Positions 26,207 to 37,365 of a stretch of DNA of 61,214 nucleotides are shown here, piece after piece. A model generated the notes under the pieces. It made no database searches. It was not told the DNA's origin and was given only the letters and a program-made list of their open reading frames with translations. Made by a program: the position numbers and the translations under genes. The stretch's first letter is position 1, and each line of letters opens with the position of its first letter. Source of the stretch: Thraustochytrium aureum (lineage: Eukaryota); assembly GCA_012862495.1 (NCBI GenBank), contig BLSG01000088.1, forward strand, positions 17,440-78,653. The letters are read 5' to 3'.

Positions 26207-27370
26207 GTCGACACACAGCCGCTGACGCTTGAAACTCTGTTGCTGCGACGAGCCCTGACCCGGCTCCACGACCTCCACGGCGGTTAAGTCGACATCCGTC
26301 ACGCCCGCGGCGAGCGCACGAAAGTTGCTCGAGCAGATGGTCTTGAGCTTGGAGGTTGGATGGAGCTTGAGCGCATCAAGAAACCGCTGCGGCATGTCGC
26401 CACTTTTGCCTGGCATCTCATACAGTGTTGTCTCGAGCACAGCGACCTCGCGCTTGAGGGACTCCTCGTCTAACTGGCCGCGAAGGCGCTCAATGATGGT
26501 GTATATGTACGAAAAGGCTCCAATGCCGTACCACTTGACCGACTTGGCCTCGAGAACAAGCAGCTTGACGCAGATCTCCCGCAAATCGGAGTCTGAGAGG
26601 TCAAAGACGCCGTCCTTCTCGATCGCCAGCACCTCGCGCATGGGGGCAAGACCGACCCGCGCATCCAGAAACAAAGACCTTGAAAACTGGTCGCCTTCGA
26701 GAACATCCGAAAAGTTGAGCCGCTTCTCCTCGTCGATTTCGGCGCGCTTCTTGTCCTGGCGCGCAGTCGATTCGGACACGAGCGCCACGTCGTCCATAAG
26801 TTTGGCTTCCTGGAGGTCGCTGAGTTCTTGGAACAGCATCATCCGCGCGACTTCCAGCTGCCCGTTGTAGCGGCGCAGGGTCACCAACGACTTGGTGAGA
26901 GAGAACCCGAGCTGTGACAGGGAAAGCACTCCGAGCTTTTCCGCGTCGCTGAGAGGACCGAGCCCGTCCCATGACGGGGGCTCTTGTTTGGCTTCGTCGC
27001 TGCTACGTTGCTGCACGACTGGTGCAGACACTGTAACGGACGAGCTCGATGACGACGGCACGAGCGGCAGTCCAGGCGGCGGGGGCTTTGCGACAGGTGG
27101 AGCACGTGCCCGTTTCCCAGCAGAGGATTGACAAGTGGCGCGAACCTCAGCTGCAGCCTTGCAGACCTTCGCTGCGATTCGTAGTTTGTTGCCCGAGATG
27201 GTGACCTGTTTCGCCCCGAAACCGCTAAAGCACCGGCCCAGGACAGCGAGTTCTTTTGTCCGGAATTGTTTTGCCAGAGCCTCGCCGCTCTCATCCTGCA
27301 GCAGCTGGTTCAGGTCCGCGCTGCACGGGACCGACTCGCGAGCAGTCTGAAGCACGTGGCGCCAGTCCAT
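26198..27370 (-). CDS. Hypothetical protein (~390 aa) with a UBA-like helical segment
   Basis: Long clean ORF with coding-like composition; LSLSQLGFSLTKSLVTLRRYNGQLEVARMMLF fits the UBA pattern (L..[ML]GF......AL....G....A...L). First ATG at 27370. Confidence 0.7.
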   Translation of the reverse strand: MDWRHVLQTARESVPCSADLNQLLQDESGEALAKQFRTKELAVLGRCFSGFGAKQVTISGNKLRIAAKVCKAAAEVRATCQSSAGKRARAPPVAKPPPPGLPLVPSSSSSSVTVSAPVVQQRSSDEAKQEPPSWDGLGPLSDAEKLGVLSLSQLGFSLTKSLVTLRRYNGQLEVARMMLFQELSDLQEAKLMDDVALVSESTARQDKKRAEIDEEKRLNFSDVLEGDQFSRSLFLDARVGLAPMREVLAIEKDGVFDLSDSDLREICVKLLVLEAKSVKWYGIGAFSYIYTIIERLRGQLDEESLKREVAVLETTLYEMPGKSGDMPQRFLDALKLHPTSKLKTICSSNFRALAAGVTDVDLTAVEVVEPGQGSSQQQSFKRQRLCVDLT

Positions 27371-27990
27371 CTCGCCGCTCCTGGACACGCAACGCTAGGC
27401 GCGCAGGGAGGCGTCCAACGAGAAATCTTCGCTCAACGCGGCGGTCTCACGGGCCGTGCAGATCGTCGGGCGGAACGAGGCAGCCGTCCGTTTCGCCGTT
27501 CGAAGGGCGCAGATGTGGAAGGACCCTTTCCGTCGCTCGACACGTGCTTGCGCTTCCTCGCACAGGCGCGCCAGTGACTCCGCTTTGCTAGCCAGGCAGG
27601 CGGGCGGGCGGGCTGGCTGGCTCAGCAGGCTGGCAGGGGCTGCTGGCAGGCTGGCTGACGCTCGCCCAATCGCTATGCTGCAGGAAAAAACGAGCAGGCC
27701 CTCGCCGCTTGCGCACAAAAGGCGCGCAAAGCCCTGTGCGACGCACGCCCTGCTCCTAAACGCACGCTTCGCAGGCCTGTAGGTTGGCTGTTCTCAGCTG
27801 CCGCGTCCCGTCTCGCGGCGCTGGCTGCCCCCGCGTCCCGTCTCGCCGCGTCTGCTCTCGAGACAACAAGAACGTCCAGTTCGCCATTGAAGTCCACTAA
27901 ACGGCGAAATGTCCATCGTAGACGTATTATTCCGTAGTACACGTATGTATCTTCCGACTTGGATTGAAAAGATACGTTTAAATTGGAAAC

Positions 27991-28196
27991 GTATGAGAAC
28001 AACGGCACCAGAGAACTGCGGAATAGCTCTTTTGTTCACCTACGATTCCGTTGACAACGGTAATCACCGAAATATCCAGAGTAGACGGATAGATCCGCCT
28101 TTAGTGATTCTCTAGTTCCGAGAACAACGGTTCTATTCCATGGTTAGGGATGGATGGTGTTTCCGTAAACAACGGTAATGCACGCACCGCCAACGG
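27991..28196. promoter_or_regulatory. Cluster of CAACGG / TTCCG-N3-ACAACGGT motifs in an AT-rich divergent intergenic region
   Basis: CAACGG at 28000, 28055, 28125, 28170 and 28191, plus CCGTTG at 28048; the 16-bp extended motif at 28046, 28116 and 28161. Regulatory role is inferred from position. Confidence 0.4.
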
Positions 28197-28411
28197 ATCT
28201 GCCGTTCGCACGAGTTACGACTCGGAGGTTGGAGACGGCGATGTGCCGCGTCGCGCTCGCCTTGGCCTGCCGTGCTCGCTGCGCATAGCTGTCTCGCCGG
28301 GCGCGCAAGGCGCATCGAGACCCTTGGACGATCAGGCATAGGCGTGGCGCTTCGCTGGCACATTGCTGGCGCGCTTGCAATACCGCACACGCACTTGCGA
28401 GCCAAGCCGCC

Positions 28412-30369
28412 ATGAGCAAGGTCCCGACGCCGTCGCGTGGGGGTCGCGGGGAGCCGGCGAGCCCGTCTAGCCCCGCAAGCACGGCCGCAGGCGCCGCTGC
28501 ACTGGGCGGGCCGTTCCGCAACGCGCCGGCGCCAGCCGACGGCGCATGGCGCAAGAAGCAAAAGGTAAAGAGCGCCAACTCGATGAACCTACCGCTCTTC
28601 ATCGACCCGAAGATCGTGCAAAAGGCGACGGATCTGTCCAACGACCAGGGGCGCACCTGGCGCGTGATGCGCGCGCGCCGCCTGCAAGAGGCGCACCACA
28701 AGAACCCCGAAAACTACCGCCAATGGAAAGACCGCGTGGACCGGTTCTACAAGCGCGCAGTGTGGGGCCCCGTCCCAAAAGACACGACGCTGCCCCTGCA
28801 GTCCAAGTACAAGCCTCTCGCTTCGGCCAGCGAGGCGCTTCTGCCGTCAAAGACCCTCTGGCACTATTACTATCACGGGGGCAAGACCCGAATGGAGCGC
28901 CGCAAGGAGACGCTGGCCAACATTGAGCGCATGCGCCAACAGCAGCAAGAAAAGGTTCAAGCCCGCATCCAGGCCCATCGAGACAGACTCTCCAAGTTTG
29001 CGCGGCGAGGGCTTGAGCGCCGCGAACGTGTAGCACACCCGGCTCGCGCCCCTTCGCGCGCGGGAAATCAGGAGCTGGGCCACGCAGTGCTCGAAGAGGA
29101 GGCCGACCCTCTCTTGCGCGCAGCGGCGGAAACCGAAGCAGCAACCGTGATTCAGGCTCGTGTGCGCGGTTCCATCGCGCGGCAAGCGACAAGTTTGCAG
29201 CTCGCTCAAGCGGATGGGCGCCAGGGCGACAGCGCGGCAACCGCAACACTGCGCGGCCAAGAAGCAGCAGATTTGGCGCAGCGATCAGGGGTTCCAGCCC
29301 CTTCAGAGAAAGCCGATGCAAAGGCTGGGCAGGTCGAAAAAGCAATGACCGAGGCCGACGAGCCTGGCACAGGTGCATCAGCACTCGACAAGGACGAGCC
29401 GGACGACACGGACGAGGACGCCATCGGAGCGCTACCAGAGGGTTGGACGCGCGAGTGGTCGCAGTCGCGCAACAAGTCGTACTTTTTCAACCAGAGGCTT
29501 GGCGTCAGCGTGTGGAGGATGGAGGACGTCTTGCCCTTCAAGGAGGCTGAGAAGGCGGCCAACCAGCGCGTGCTGCCCCAGGGCTGGACGCGCGAGTACT
29601 CAAAGTCGCAAGGGAGGGAGTACTTTTTCCACGTCCTCAGCGGCACTAGCGTATGGCACATCAGCCAAATCCCAGCGGACGACGAAGAGCTTTACTCGCC
29701 GAACGGTTCGCTTTCCCCGCTCCCGCTGATCTCGCTTGAGATTGGGTCGACGGTTTCTGCAGTCAACTCCCCTGAGCCCTGCACCCCGGGTCGATCGCCT
29801 CATTTACGCTCCGAGTTGTCTGTGGCTTCGACGCCCCGAATGAGCCCTGACTCGAGCGGGACAGGGGGTGGCTTTGCGACCTTGCCTTCGATTGACGCTC
29901 TGGGCGGCAACAAGGCCACGTCTGCTGCGCCCGAGCCTGTCACCGAGCGCGACGCAAGCTCGAGCAAGCCTGAGGAGGGGCGCTCGTCTCGTTGCACAGG
30001 GCGCCGGGAGGCGGTGAAGCGCCGACAGGACCGGCGCTTGCGCAGGCAGCTGATCACCCAGAGCACGTTGCAGAGCGCGAGGAGCAGCAGCCTAGTGCTG
30101 TTCCAGCGGCCCCGGGACCACCGCCAGCAGCTTCTTCTCGACCGGCCGAGGAAAGCGCAGTTCCAGGACCTCCACCGGCGAAGGTTGTGCCGGGACCGCC
30201 AGCGGCAAAAGCTGCGCCGGCGCCGGCGCTGCCAGCAGCGAAGGCAGTGCCAGGCCCGCCCAGTGCCAAAGCTGGTACGAGGCCACCACCTGAGCCCACC
30301 ACCTTGCCGGGGCCGCCGCCCCAGGGCGGCGCGAAGTCCGTCCGAGGCCCCCCCGCACCAGCAAAGTAA
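28412..30369 (+). CDS. IQ-motif + tandem WW-domain protein with a Pro-rich tail (frameshift at ~29980)
   Basis: IQ motif AATVIQARVRGSIARQ; WW1 LPEGWTREWSQSRNKSYFFNQRLGVSVW; WW2 LPQGWTREYSKSQGREYFFHVLSGTSVW. Adding one G to the G-run at 29977-29980 joins the PGPPP-rich ORF 29992-30369. Confidence 0.8.
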
Positions 30370-30445
30370 GAGGCCGCACTGAAAGGAAATCGTTTACTTT
30401 GAAGCCCCGCTGCCCCGCGACGCCCTGGAAGAGGGCGGGTCCATG

Positions 30446-30966
30446 CTAAAACATGNNNNNNNNNNNNNNNNNNNNNNNNNNNNNNNNNNNNNNNNNNNNN
30501 NNNNNNNNNNNNNNNNNNNNNNNNNNNNNNNNNNNNNNNNNNNNNNNNNNNNNNNNNNNNNNNNNNNNNNNNNNNNNNNNNNNNNNNNNNNNNNNNNNNN
30601 NNNNNNNNNNNNCATGAGCGAGATCCACCCTGCGATAAGGGTCAGCCCGCCGATCGGCGTCACCGCGCCAAGCTTCTTGTACCCCGTCAACACCATCACG
30701 TACAAGCTGCCGCTGAACAGGGCCGTCCCGGCCGCCATGAGCTTGGTCGTCGTGCTAATGCCCGTGGCCCCAGCGCCTTTCGCCTGCGCGCGCTCCATCG
30801 CCTGCACCGCCACCATGACCACCGAGTGCGCCAGGTGATAGCTGGCGGCCGTCTGCCAGACCTCGAGCATACGTTCGTCCACCTTGCCCTTGAGCGCGTG
30901 CGCCCCAAACGCGCCGCACGCAATCGCCAGCGCCCCAGAAGCGCCTGCAATCCACTCGCCGCCCAT
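30446..30966 (-). CDS. TMEM256: DUF423 / TMEM256 (YgdD-like) small membrane protein
   Basis: MGGEWIAGASGALAIACGAFGAHALK...WQTAASYHLAHS...GTALFSGSLY...LGAVTPIGGLTLIAGWISLM. Merging the CATG overlap across gap 30456-30612 gives ...WISLMF*. Confidence 0.9.
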
Positions 30967-31128
30967 CCTGCTCGCTCCCTCGCCAGCGACCTTTCCACGA
31001 CGACCCTGCCGAGCCCGAGTCGGCCTGCAACAACTCGGCTCCATCCCGATGATCCCATCCCAGCGCCCGAGCAGCACGAGACCAAACACAGACGACGAGC
31101 CGCAGAGTCGAAGACGTTCACCCGCCAA

Positions 31129-31362
31129 GGACGCCAGCGCGGTCGGCGAAACAGCACAGCAGCAGCAGAACAGAACATCGCCTCCATGGACGCCAGCGCG
31201 CTCGGCAAAACAGCGTAGCAGCAGCAGCAGCAGAACATCTCCATCATGGACCAAGGCGCTCGGCAAAACAGCACAGCAGCAGAAGAACAGAACATCGCCT
31301 CCATGGACGCCAGCGCGCTCGGCAAAACAGCGTAGCAGCAGCAGAACATCGCCTTCACGGAC
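31129..31362. repeat. Minisatellite, four units of ~55-60 bp with internal CAG runs, in ABAB order
   Basis: Units GGAC(GCC/CA)AG..CGCTCGGCAAAACAGC(ACAG/GTAG)(CAG)n..AACATC.CC...; units 1 and 3 match, units 2 and 4 match. Confidence 0.9.
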
Positions 31363-32156
31363 ACCGCCCAGGCCGGTGTGGAAGTACGCGGTCACGGCTC
31401 CGTCCAACCTTGAATTTTCTCGCGAGGCTCCACCCTCGCCCTCTCGGCGCCACTGCGGCTCGCACACCAGCGCAGGNNTTTCNCCAGCAGGAGCGCCTGC
31501 CTGCCTGCCTGCNNNNNNNNNNNNNNNNNNNNNNNNNNNNNNNNNNNNNNNNNNNNNNNNNNNNNNNNNNNNNNNNNNNNNNNNNNNNNNNNNNNNNNNN
31601 NNNNNNNNNNNNNNNNNNNNNNNNNNNNNNNNNNNNNNNNNNNNNNNNNNNNNNNNNNNNNNNNNNNNNNNNNNNNNNNNNNNNNNNNNNNNNNNNNNNN
31701 NNNNNNNNNNNNNNNNNNNNNNNNNNNNNNNNNNNNNNNNNNNNNNNNNNNNNNNNNNNNNNNNNNNNNNNNNNNNNNNNNNNNNNNNNNNNNNNNNNNN
31801 NNNNNNNNNNNNNNNNNNNNNNNNNNNNNNNNNNNNNNNNNNNNNNNNNNNNNNNNNNNNNNNNNNNNNNNNNNNNNNNNNNNNNNNNNNNNNNNNNNNN
31901 NNNNNNNNNNNNNNNNNNNNNNNNNNNNNNNNNNNNNNNNNNNNNNNNNNNNNNNNNNNNNNNNNNNNNNNNNNNNNNNNNNNNNNNNNNNNNNNNNNNN
32001 NNNNNNNNNNNNNNNNNNNNNNNNNNNNNNNNNNNNNNNNNNNNNNNNNNNNNNNNNNNNNNNNNNNNNNNNNNNNNNNNNNNNNNNNNNNNNNNNNNNN
32101 NNNNNNNNNNNNNNNNNNNNNNNNNNNNNNNNNNNNNNNNNNNNNNNNNNNNNNNN

Positions 32157-32552
32157 ACTAGTTGCGTGGAGAAGATCAAGTGGTCGCGCTGGGCCGCGCT
32201 GTCAGCCATGGTAGCCTCCATCGTTGTGTGGGCCTTGTGGCTTGGGGTAGAGATGTTCGATGTTGCCGCAGAGGTCTGCGAAGGCCCGGGCCGGACCAAC
32301 CCATTGCAGCCTGGCACGATGACCTGCTCGGCTGCAGGCAAGACGTTCGACAACCAGTTTATCACCAAGGGCGTGCTTCGCTTCGAGCAGTCGCTCAAGG
32401 GCACCTGGGTCTGCTTTTTCCTGGGGGTGTGCGTGACGGCGTTGTCCGCGCTTTCGTTCTTTCTCACGTTCACGCGGTTCAAGTCGCTCGACGAGTACGA
32501 GTCCAGCAAAGCGACCAAGGAGTCTGGCGATGGCGAGTCGTACTATATGTGA
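32157..32552 (+). CDS. C-terminal fragment of a multi-pass membrane protein (5' part in gap)
   Basis: Two hydrophobic helices (WAALSAMVASIVVWALWLGV; WVCFFLGVCVTALSALSFFLTF) flank a loop with two Cys; charged tail; coding-like codon usage. Confidence 0.7.
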   Translation, partial: TSCVEKIKWSRWAALSAMVASIVVWALWLGVEMFDVAAEVCEGPGRTNPLQPGTMTCSAAGKTFDNQFITKGVLRFEQSLKGTWVCFFLGVCVTALSALSFFLTFTRFKSLDEYESSKATKESGDGESYYM

Positions 32553-32621
32553 AGCCGCTGTCGCGCTTTGGCGCGCTCCCATTTATGTGAAGCCGCTGTC
32601 GCGCTTTGGCGCGCTCCCATT
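32546..32621. repeat. 38-bp perfect tandem duplication spanning a stop codon
   Basis: TATGTGAAGCCGCTGTCGCGCTTTGGCGCGCTCCCATT at 32546-32583 and 32584-32621. Confidence 0.95.
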
Positions 32622-32816
32622 TTGTGTCTTGTTGCCGGATGAGCCTGGCGTTTGTCCGAGCGTGTGTTCCCTGCGGCGTCTAGCTAGGGTTGCCTGCAAC
32701 GCCGCGGCGGGCTGCGTTTTTTTTAAATCTTCTTGGCCTCCCCATAAAATAAAATAGAGCGCTCTGTTACTCGTATCCGCAGACTACAATTCGCTAGCTC
32801 TACCGCGCAAACCGCG

Positions 32817-34238
32817 TCAGGCAGCTGTCGCGCTTGTTGGGGACGCTGCAGCGGCCGGTCGCGAACCCGCCTCGCCCTGCCCCGCGGCCTTATTCGGCAA
32901 CTCGGCATCCCACACCGTGCAAAGGTCCAGCGCGATGCACGAGTACACGCGCTGCCACGACGCAAATTGACGCCGAAAGCGGCGCGCTTCGCGAGCCCCA
33001 ACAACAGGGTGCGGATCGCCTCGCGAGAGGGCAGCGGCGCGCGCAGCGCTTCCGGGCTCGCGGACCCACCAGGTCTTGGTCCTCCCGTCCAGCTCAATCC
33101 GCGCGAGCATCCCCAAAATCTCTTCCGCAACGCGACGAAGGACGCCGAGGCAGTGCGCGTCCCAGGCGGCAAGCCGACCGTGAATGTCTGTGGTACGCTG
33201 CGCCAACAGGCCAGCCACGATTTCGTAAACCGCGCCTCGAGTCCCTGACCCCGCGCCAAGCGCAAGCTGCGCGCGGTGGGCCACCGCACCAACTCGCGAT
33301 GCGGCTCTGCGCAACGCGCGGCTGCACTTTGCTGACTCTTGTATGTCGCGCAGGTCCTGGAGAAGCAAAACTACGCGCGCTGGCGTGCGCTCCAGCTCGA
33401 GAGCCTCGTCGAGGCCCTCCAGGGCCTCCTCAAGGTCGGCAGGCTTGCAAGGGCGCGCAAGTGACGCGTCTTCGAGGCGCAGTGCAGGGTCCGCGAGCTC
33501 GCTCAAAAGCCGGAAAAGGCGCGCCAGCTCCGCGTCCTGCAAGACCGTACTTGTCCCGACAAGCGCTTCTGAAGTCAGCGTGTCCTGCGAGTTGGGCGGT
33601 GTCGTTGCGCGCTCGCAGAGCCCCACCGCGACTTGATCGCCGCCGCCCACCTTCGCGGAGGGCGTCTGCGATGGCGAGTGCCAGGCCGAGGCCGAGCCGG
33701 AAGCTGACGCCGACGCCGATGCCGAAACCGACCCGGACGCAGCTCGAGGCCACGGCATCGCCCCGTTTGGCGACCGGGGACGCTTTCGCGAAGAGGCGTG
33801 CGGGTACGCCAGCTCGCGGCGCGCAATGTACTCCGCGCGCAGCCGCGCATGAAACTCGCGCTCGTTGCGCGCGCGCTGCAGGCGCCTGAGATCGTCATCG
33901 TCGACGGCAAAGGGGTCCTCGGGCACTACGCCCAGCGCAGCGCGAAGCCCTTGGCGAAGCACGTGGACAAACCCGCACCACTTGCAGGACTGGAGCAAGG
34001 CCTCCTCATCCTCGACCGCGACAAGCTCGCGCCGGCAGCAGGTGCACGGGAAAACAAGGCGTGCGCAGACGAGGCACGACAGCCGGGTGCGCGCCTCGCG
34101 CACGCCACCGGCCGCCCAAACTGGTTCGCTTCCACGAGGTGGTCTCCTCCAGCAGCAACGCGCCGCCGTGCCCTTGGCTTGAGCCGCTCTCCAAGCTCGA
34201 GGCCTGCGCGGGGCCCGCCAGCTCCACAGCCAGCTCAA
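32817..34238 (-). CDS. Hypothetical protein with an N-terminal Cys cluster (possible zinc ribbon) and helical C-terminus; start uncertain
   Basis: 473-codon ORF; CLVC..CTCC...CKWC; basic RKRPRSP; Leu/Glu-rich helical region. No ATG near the 5' end. Confidence 0.6.
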   Translation of the reverse strand: MSWLWSWRAPRRPRAWRAAQAKGTAARCCWRRPPRGSEPVWAAGGVREARTRLSCLVCARLVFPCTCCRRELVAVEDEEALLQSCKWCGFVHVLRQGLRAALGVVPEDPFAVDDDDLRRLQRARNEREFHARLRAEYIARRELAYPHASSRKRPRSPNGAMPWPRAASGSVSASASASASGSASAWHSPSQTPSAKVGGGDQVAVGLCERATTPPNSQDTLTSEALVGTSTVLQDAELARLFRLLSELADPALRLEDASLARPCKPADLEEALEGLDEALELERTPARVVLLLQDLRDIQESAKCSRALRRAASRVGAVAHRAQLALGAGSGTRGAVYEIVAGLLAQRTTDIHGRLAAWDAHCLGVLRRVAEEILGMLARIELDGRTKTWWVREPGSAARAAALSRGDPHPVVGAREARRFRRQFASWQRVYSCIALDLCTVWDAELPNKAAGQGEAGSRPAAAASPTSATAA

Positions 34239-34520
34239 CGGACCGCCGAGAGCCCAGGCCCGTCACGGCATTGTGGCGGCGGTCGGCATCGTGGCAATGC
34301 GCCGCAGACGCCGCGGAGGCGGCTTCGCAGGGACAGTGCGCCATCTTGGCCGGCTCGGACGCACCCGCTCGCCCGCGTGCGCTCGCAGAGGCCTGCGCGC
34401 CGGCCTGCCGGTCGAGGGCGAGCGGCTCTCGCCGTGGACGCCGTGGACGAGTTGGATGCGTTCTGGCAACCAACTCGAAATGTTGCCACTTCGCGAGGGA
34501 TGCGGCTCGCTCGCTCACTG

Positions 34521-35103
34521 TCAACGCGGCTGGCCCGCGGCGAAGAGCGCGACCTCGCCCGAGATGCTCGTCGCGGCGAGGGTCTCTGGCAGCGCGGTGG
34601 TTGTCAGCGAGGTGCAGGGCGAGCGGAGCGGCATGGCGCGGGAGGAGAGCAGCTTGAGCTGGACCAAGTCCCACACGAGGACGCGGTTGTCCTTCGAAGC
34701 CGTCGCGAGCCGGCCTGGACCGATGGGGACGCAGCCGACGACGTCCTGATCGTGCCCGACAAGCTTGGCGAGCGGGGCGCGCGGCTGCCGAAGGTCCCAG
34801 ATGAAGACCTCGCAGCCAGAGGAGTCGAACCCCTTGCACCCGGTCGCGATGATGGACTCGTTCGCGACGGCCATGCACGTGGGAAAGTACTGGTATCCTT
34901 CTAGCGTGGCGCTGGGCCGGCGCATCCCAGCGCCGCGCCAGTCCCATACGCGCACCGCGAGGTCCTCGCTACCCTGTGCGAGCCTGCCATCGAGGGGGAG
35001 AAACCCCCAGGCACGTGACGAGATTGCGCGGGAGCCGAGCCGACGCGAGGAGCTCGAGCTCTGCGGGCGGCGCTTCTACGTCGCTATCCTGCGTTGGGCC
35101 GCC
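34521..35103 (-). CDS. WDR31: WD repeat protein 31-like, C-terminal part (frameshift ~34994-35008; 5' end in gap)
   Basis: PRNLVTCLGV/DGRLAQGSEDLAVRVWD...GCKGFDSSGCEVFIWDLRQ...GHDQDVVGC...LATASKD matches the recalled WDR31 pattern (RNVVTHL, QTSEDKTLRLWD, NGFGGEGCEATLWDLRQ). Confidence 0.75.
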
Positions 35104-37365
35104 NNNNNNNNNNNNNNNNNNNNNNNNNNNNNNNNNNNNNNNNNNNNNNNNNNNNNNNNNNNNNNNNNNNNNNNNNNNNNNNNNNNNNNNNNNNNNNNNN
35201 NNNNNNNNNNNNNNNNNNNNNNNNNNNNNNNNNNNNNNNNNNNNNNNNNNNNNNNNNNNNNNNNNNNNNNNNNNNNNNNNNNNNNNNNNNNNNNNNNNNN
35301 NNNNNNNNNNNNNNNNNNNNNNNNNNNNNNNNNNNNNNNNNNNNNNNNNNNNNNNNNNNNNNNNNNNNNNNNNNNNNNNNNNNNNNNNNNNNNNNNNNNN
35401 NNNNNNNNNNNNNNNNNNNNNNNNNNNNNNNNNNNNNNNNNNNNNNNNNNNNNNNNNNNNNNNNNNNNNNNNNNNNNNNNNNNNNNNNNNNNNNNNNNNN
35501 NNNNNNNNNNNNNNNNNNNNNNNNNNNNNNNNNNNNNNNNNNNNNNNNNNNNNNNNNNNNNNNNNNNNNNNNNNNNNNNNNNNNNNNNNNNNNNNNNNNN
35601 NNNNNNNNNNNNNNNNNNNNNNNNNNNNNNNNNNNNNNNNNNNNNNNNNNNNNNNNNNNNNNNNNNNNNNNNNNNNNNNNNNNNNNNNNNNNNNNNNNNN
35701 NNNNNNNGCTCATGCTCCCTTACAAGGAGCTTCACGTAGAGCGTCGCTTGCCAGGCACGATGCTGTGGGACATTGTCTGGCGGGCTGTTGCGTCTTTGGC
35801 TGCTCTGGGGCTTGCGATCCTTCGTTGGCGTTCTGCCGCGAGCTCGCGGTCGCAGGCTGCCGCAAGGCAACTCGGTTCAGCTCAAAGGGGCGCAGCTTGT
35901 CGCGACGAGCCTTAAGGCCACAGCCACTCGACCATTGGTTGTTTCCCGGGTCATACTCGTCAAACACGCAGCTTTGGCTAACGCTTGTGCTTGCTTCGGC
36001 TTCCACAGTCTGTCAACCAGTCCGTGTCTGGCTCGCTTGGCACGCGGGGCGCCGGTCCTCTTCAAACGGTACGTTTTTCTCTTGAGAGCAGTGTCGGGAG
36101 GGGGGTTGGGTGGAGACATTTTTCGGGGGCGATCCGCCGCGCCAATGTACGTGACGAGAAAAGAAGAAGTCATGCACCACTCCGAACGAGTACATGTAGA
36201 GAATCTTTTTCACCCATTATCTGATACAACAGGCCTGGCGGGCGCGAGTGCGGGCGGAAGGGGTCGGCTGGGAACCAGGCACGCCTCTTGTCTGCGTTAC
36301 CTCTGCTCATGCTTACCATGGTCTCGTAGTCACTCTTGCGTGCTAGATTACGATCGTTCGCGCCGCTCACGTCACTCGCGCTGCTTTTAAACGGCTCGAG
36401 CGGTCGAACGGCGTGGACGTGACATGCTGGGGCTCGAGGCGGTTTGGGACGGACGGCGAGGGAGGCCGCATTGGGGCCCCATGAGGATCGAAGAGACAGG
36501 CTTAATGTCTGAGGCGAGTGTGCCGATGCTTTCACCATCTCAACAATAAAAAATCCTGAGGGAACCGCTTGAGGGACAAGCCACCCGCCGATGCGAGAAC
36601 CTGCTGATTGTCTTCGGCGGAATGCGCGCACCGCAGTCCTATGACGAGACTTTTTCACACGACGGTCTTCTGACACCCTTGATGAAAACAGTGAATCAGA
36701 GGACGAGGCGTACGAAGAAGAGCGGCACTCGCATCGTATGGATGTGGCGGGCGGCGGAGATGGGGCGGGTGGTTGAAGTGGGTTTTACTCCGGGGCGGAA
36801 TGGTGTGGCATGTGGCAAGACAAAAGGTTGCTGACTGAAGTGTTTTGCTTGCTCAGTTCTGAATCCGGGCGTGGCACTGAACAATGCGGACGAGCCGATA
36901 AGAATGGTGCGGGCGCAGAGGTGTGCTCAAGACAGGTACGTACCCTACGCTGGAAAGGAGTGTGGGTCGGGTGGCGGCGCTTTGCCGATGGCGTGCCTTC
37001 GCTCCAGTGATGTTACGCAATACTTGCTACTCTTGACAGCTAGGTTGACGACAATGTATTCACCAAGATCTCTGAGGAGTGAAGCACGCCGGCTGTTTTT
37101 GTTGGGGGGGGGGGAGGTGGCGTGAGCGTGCAGAGCTGGGCAGTGACGATAAATTGGATGTGAAATGAGTACTTGATGTGCTTCGGCGCAGCTGAAAATA
37201 CCCATCTAAGAACTGCCTTCCTTCAGAGCCCTGCTGGCGCGCAGCGCAACCAGTGAACGTGCGGTCAAGCTCCAACGGCCGTTTTCTAACTATGCGATCT
37301 CGAACCCCTGCGCAGACTGATGAAGAGAAAACCGTGTTGGTTGCAAGAAGAGCAGGCGTTTGATT

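Noticed and set aside
29981..30382. Arg/Gln-rich C-terminus of ORF 28412-30382
   Set aside because: Looks like an out-of-frame reading of the Pro-rich tail after a G-run indel.
31129..31362. CRISPR-like array
   Set aside because: No unique spacers, no cas genes, and a eukaryotic context; it is a minisatellite.
30967..31467. Cys/Leu-rich N-terminal extension of TMEM256
   Set aside because: It is a translation of the minisatellite; the family domain begins at ATG 30966.
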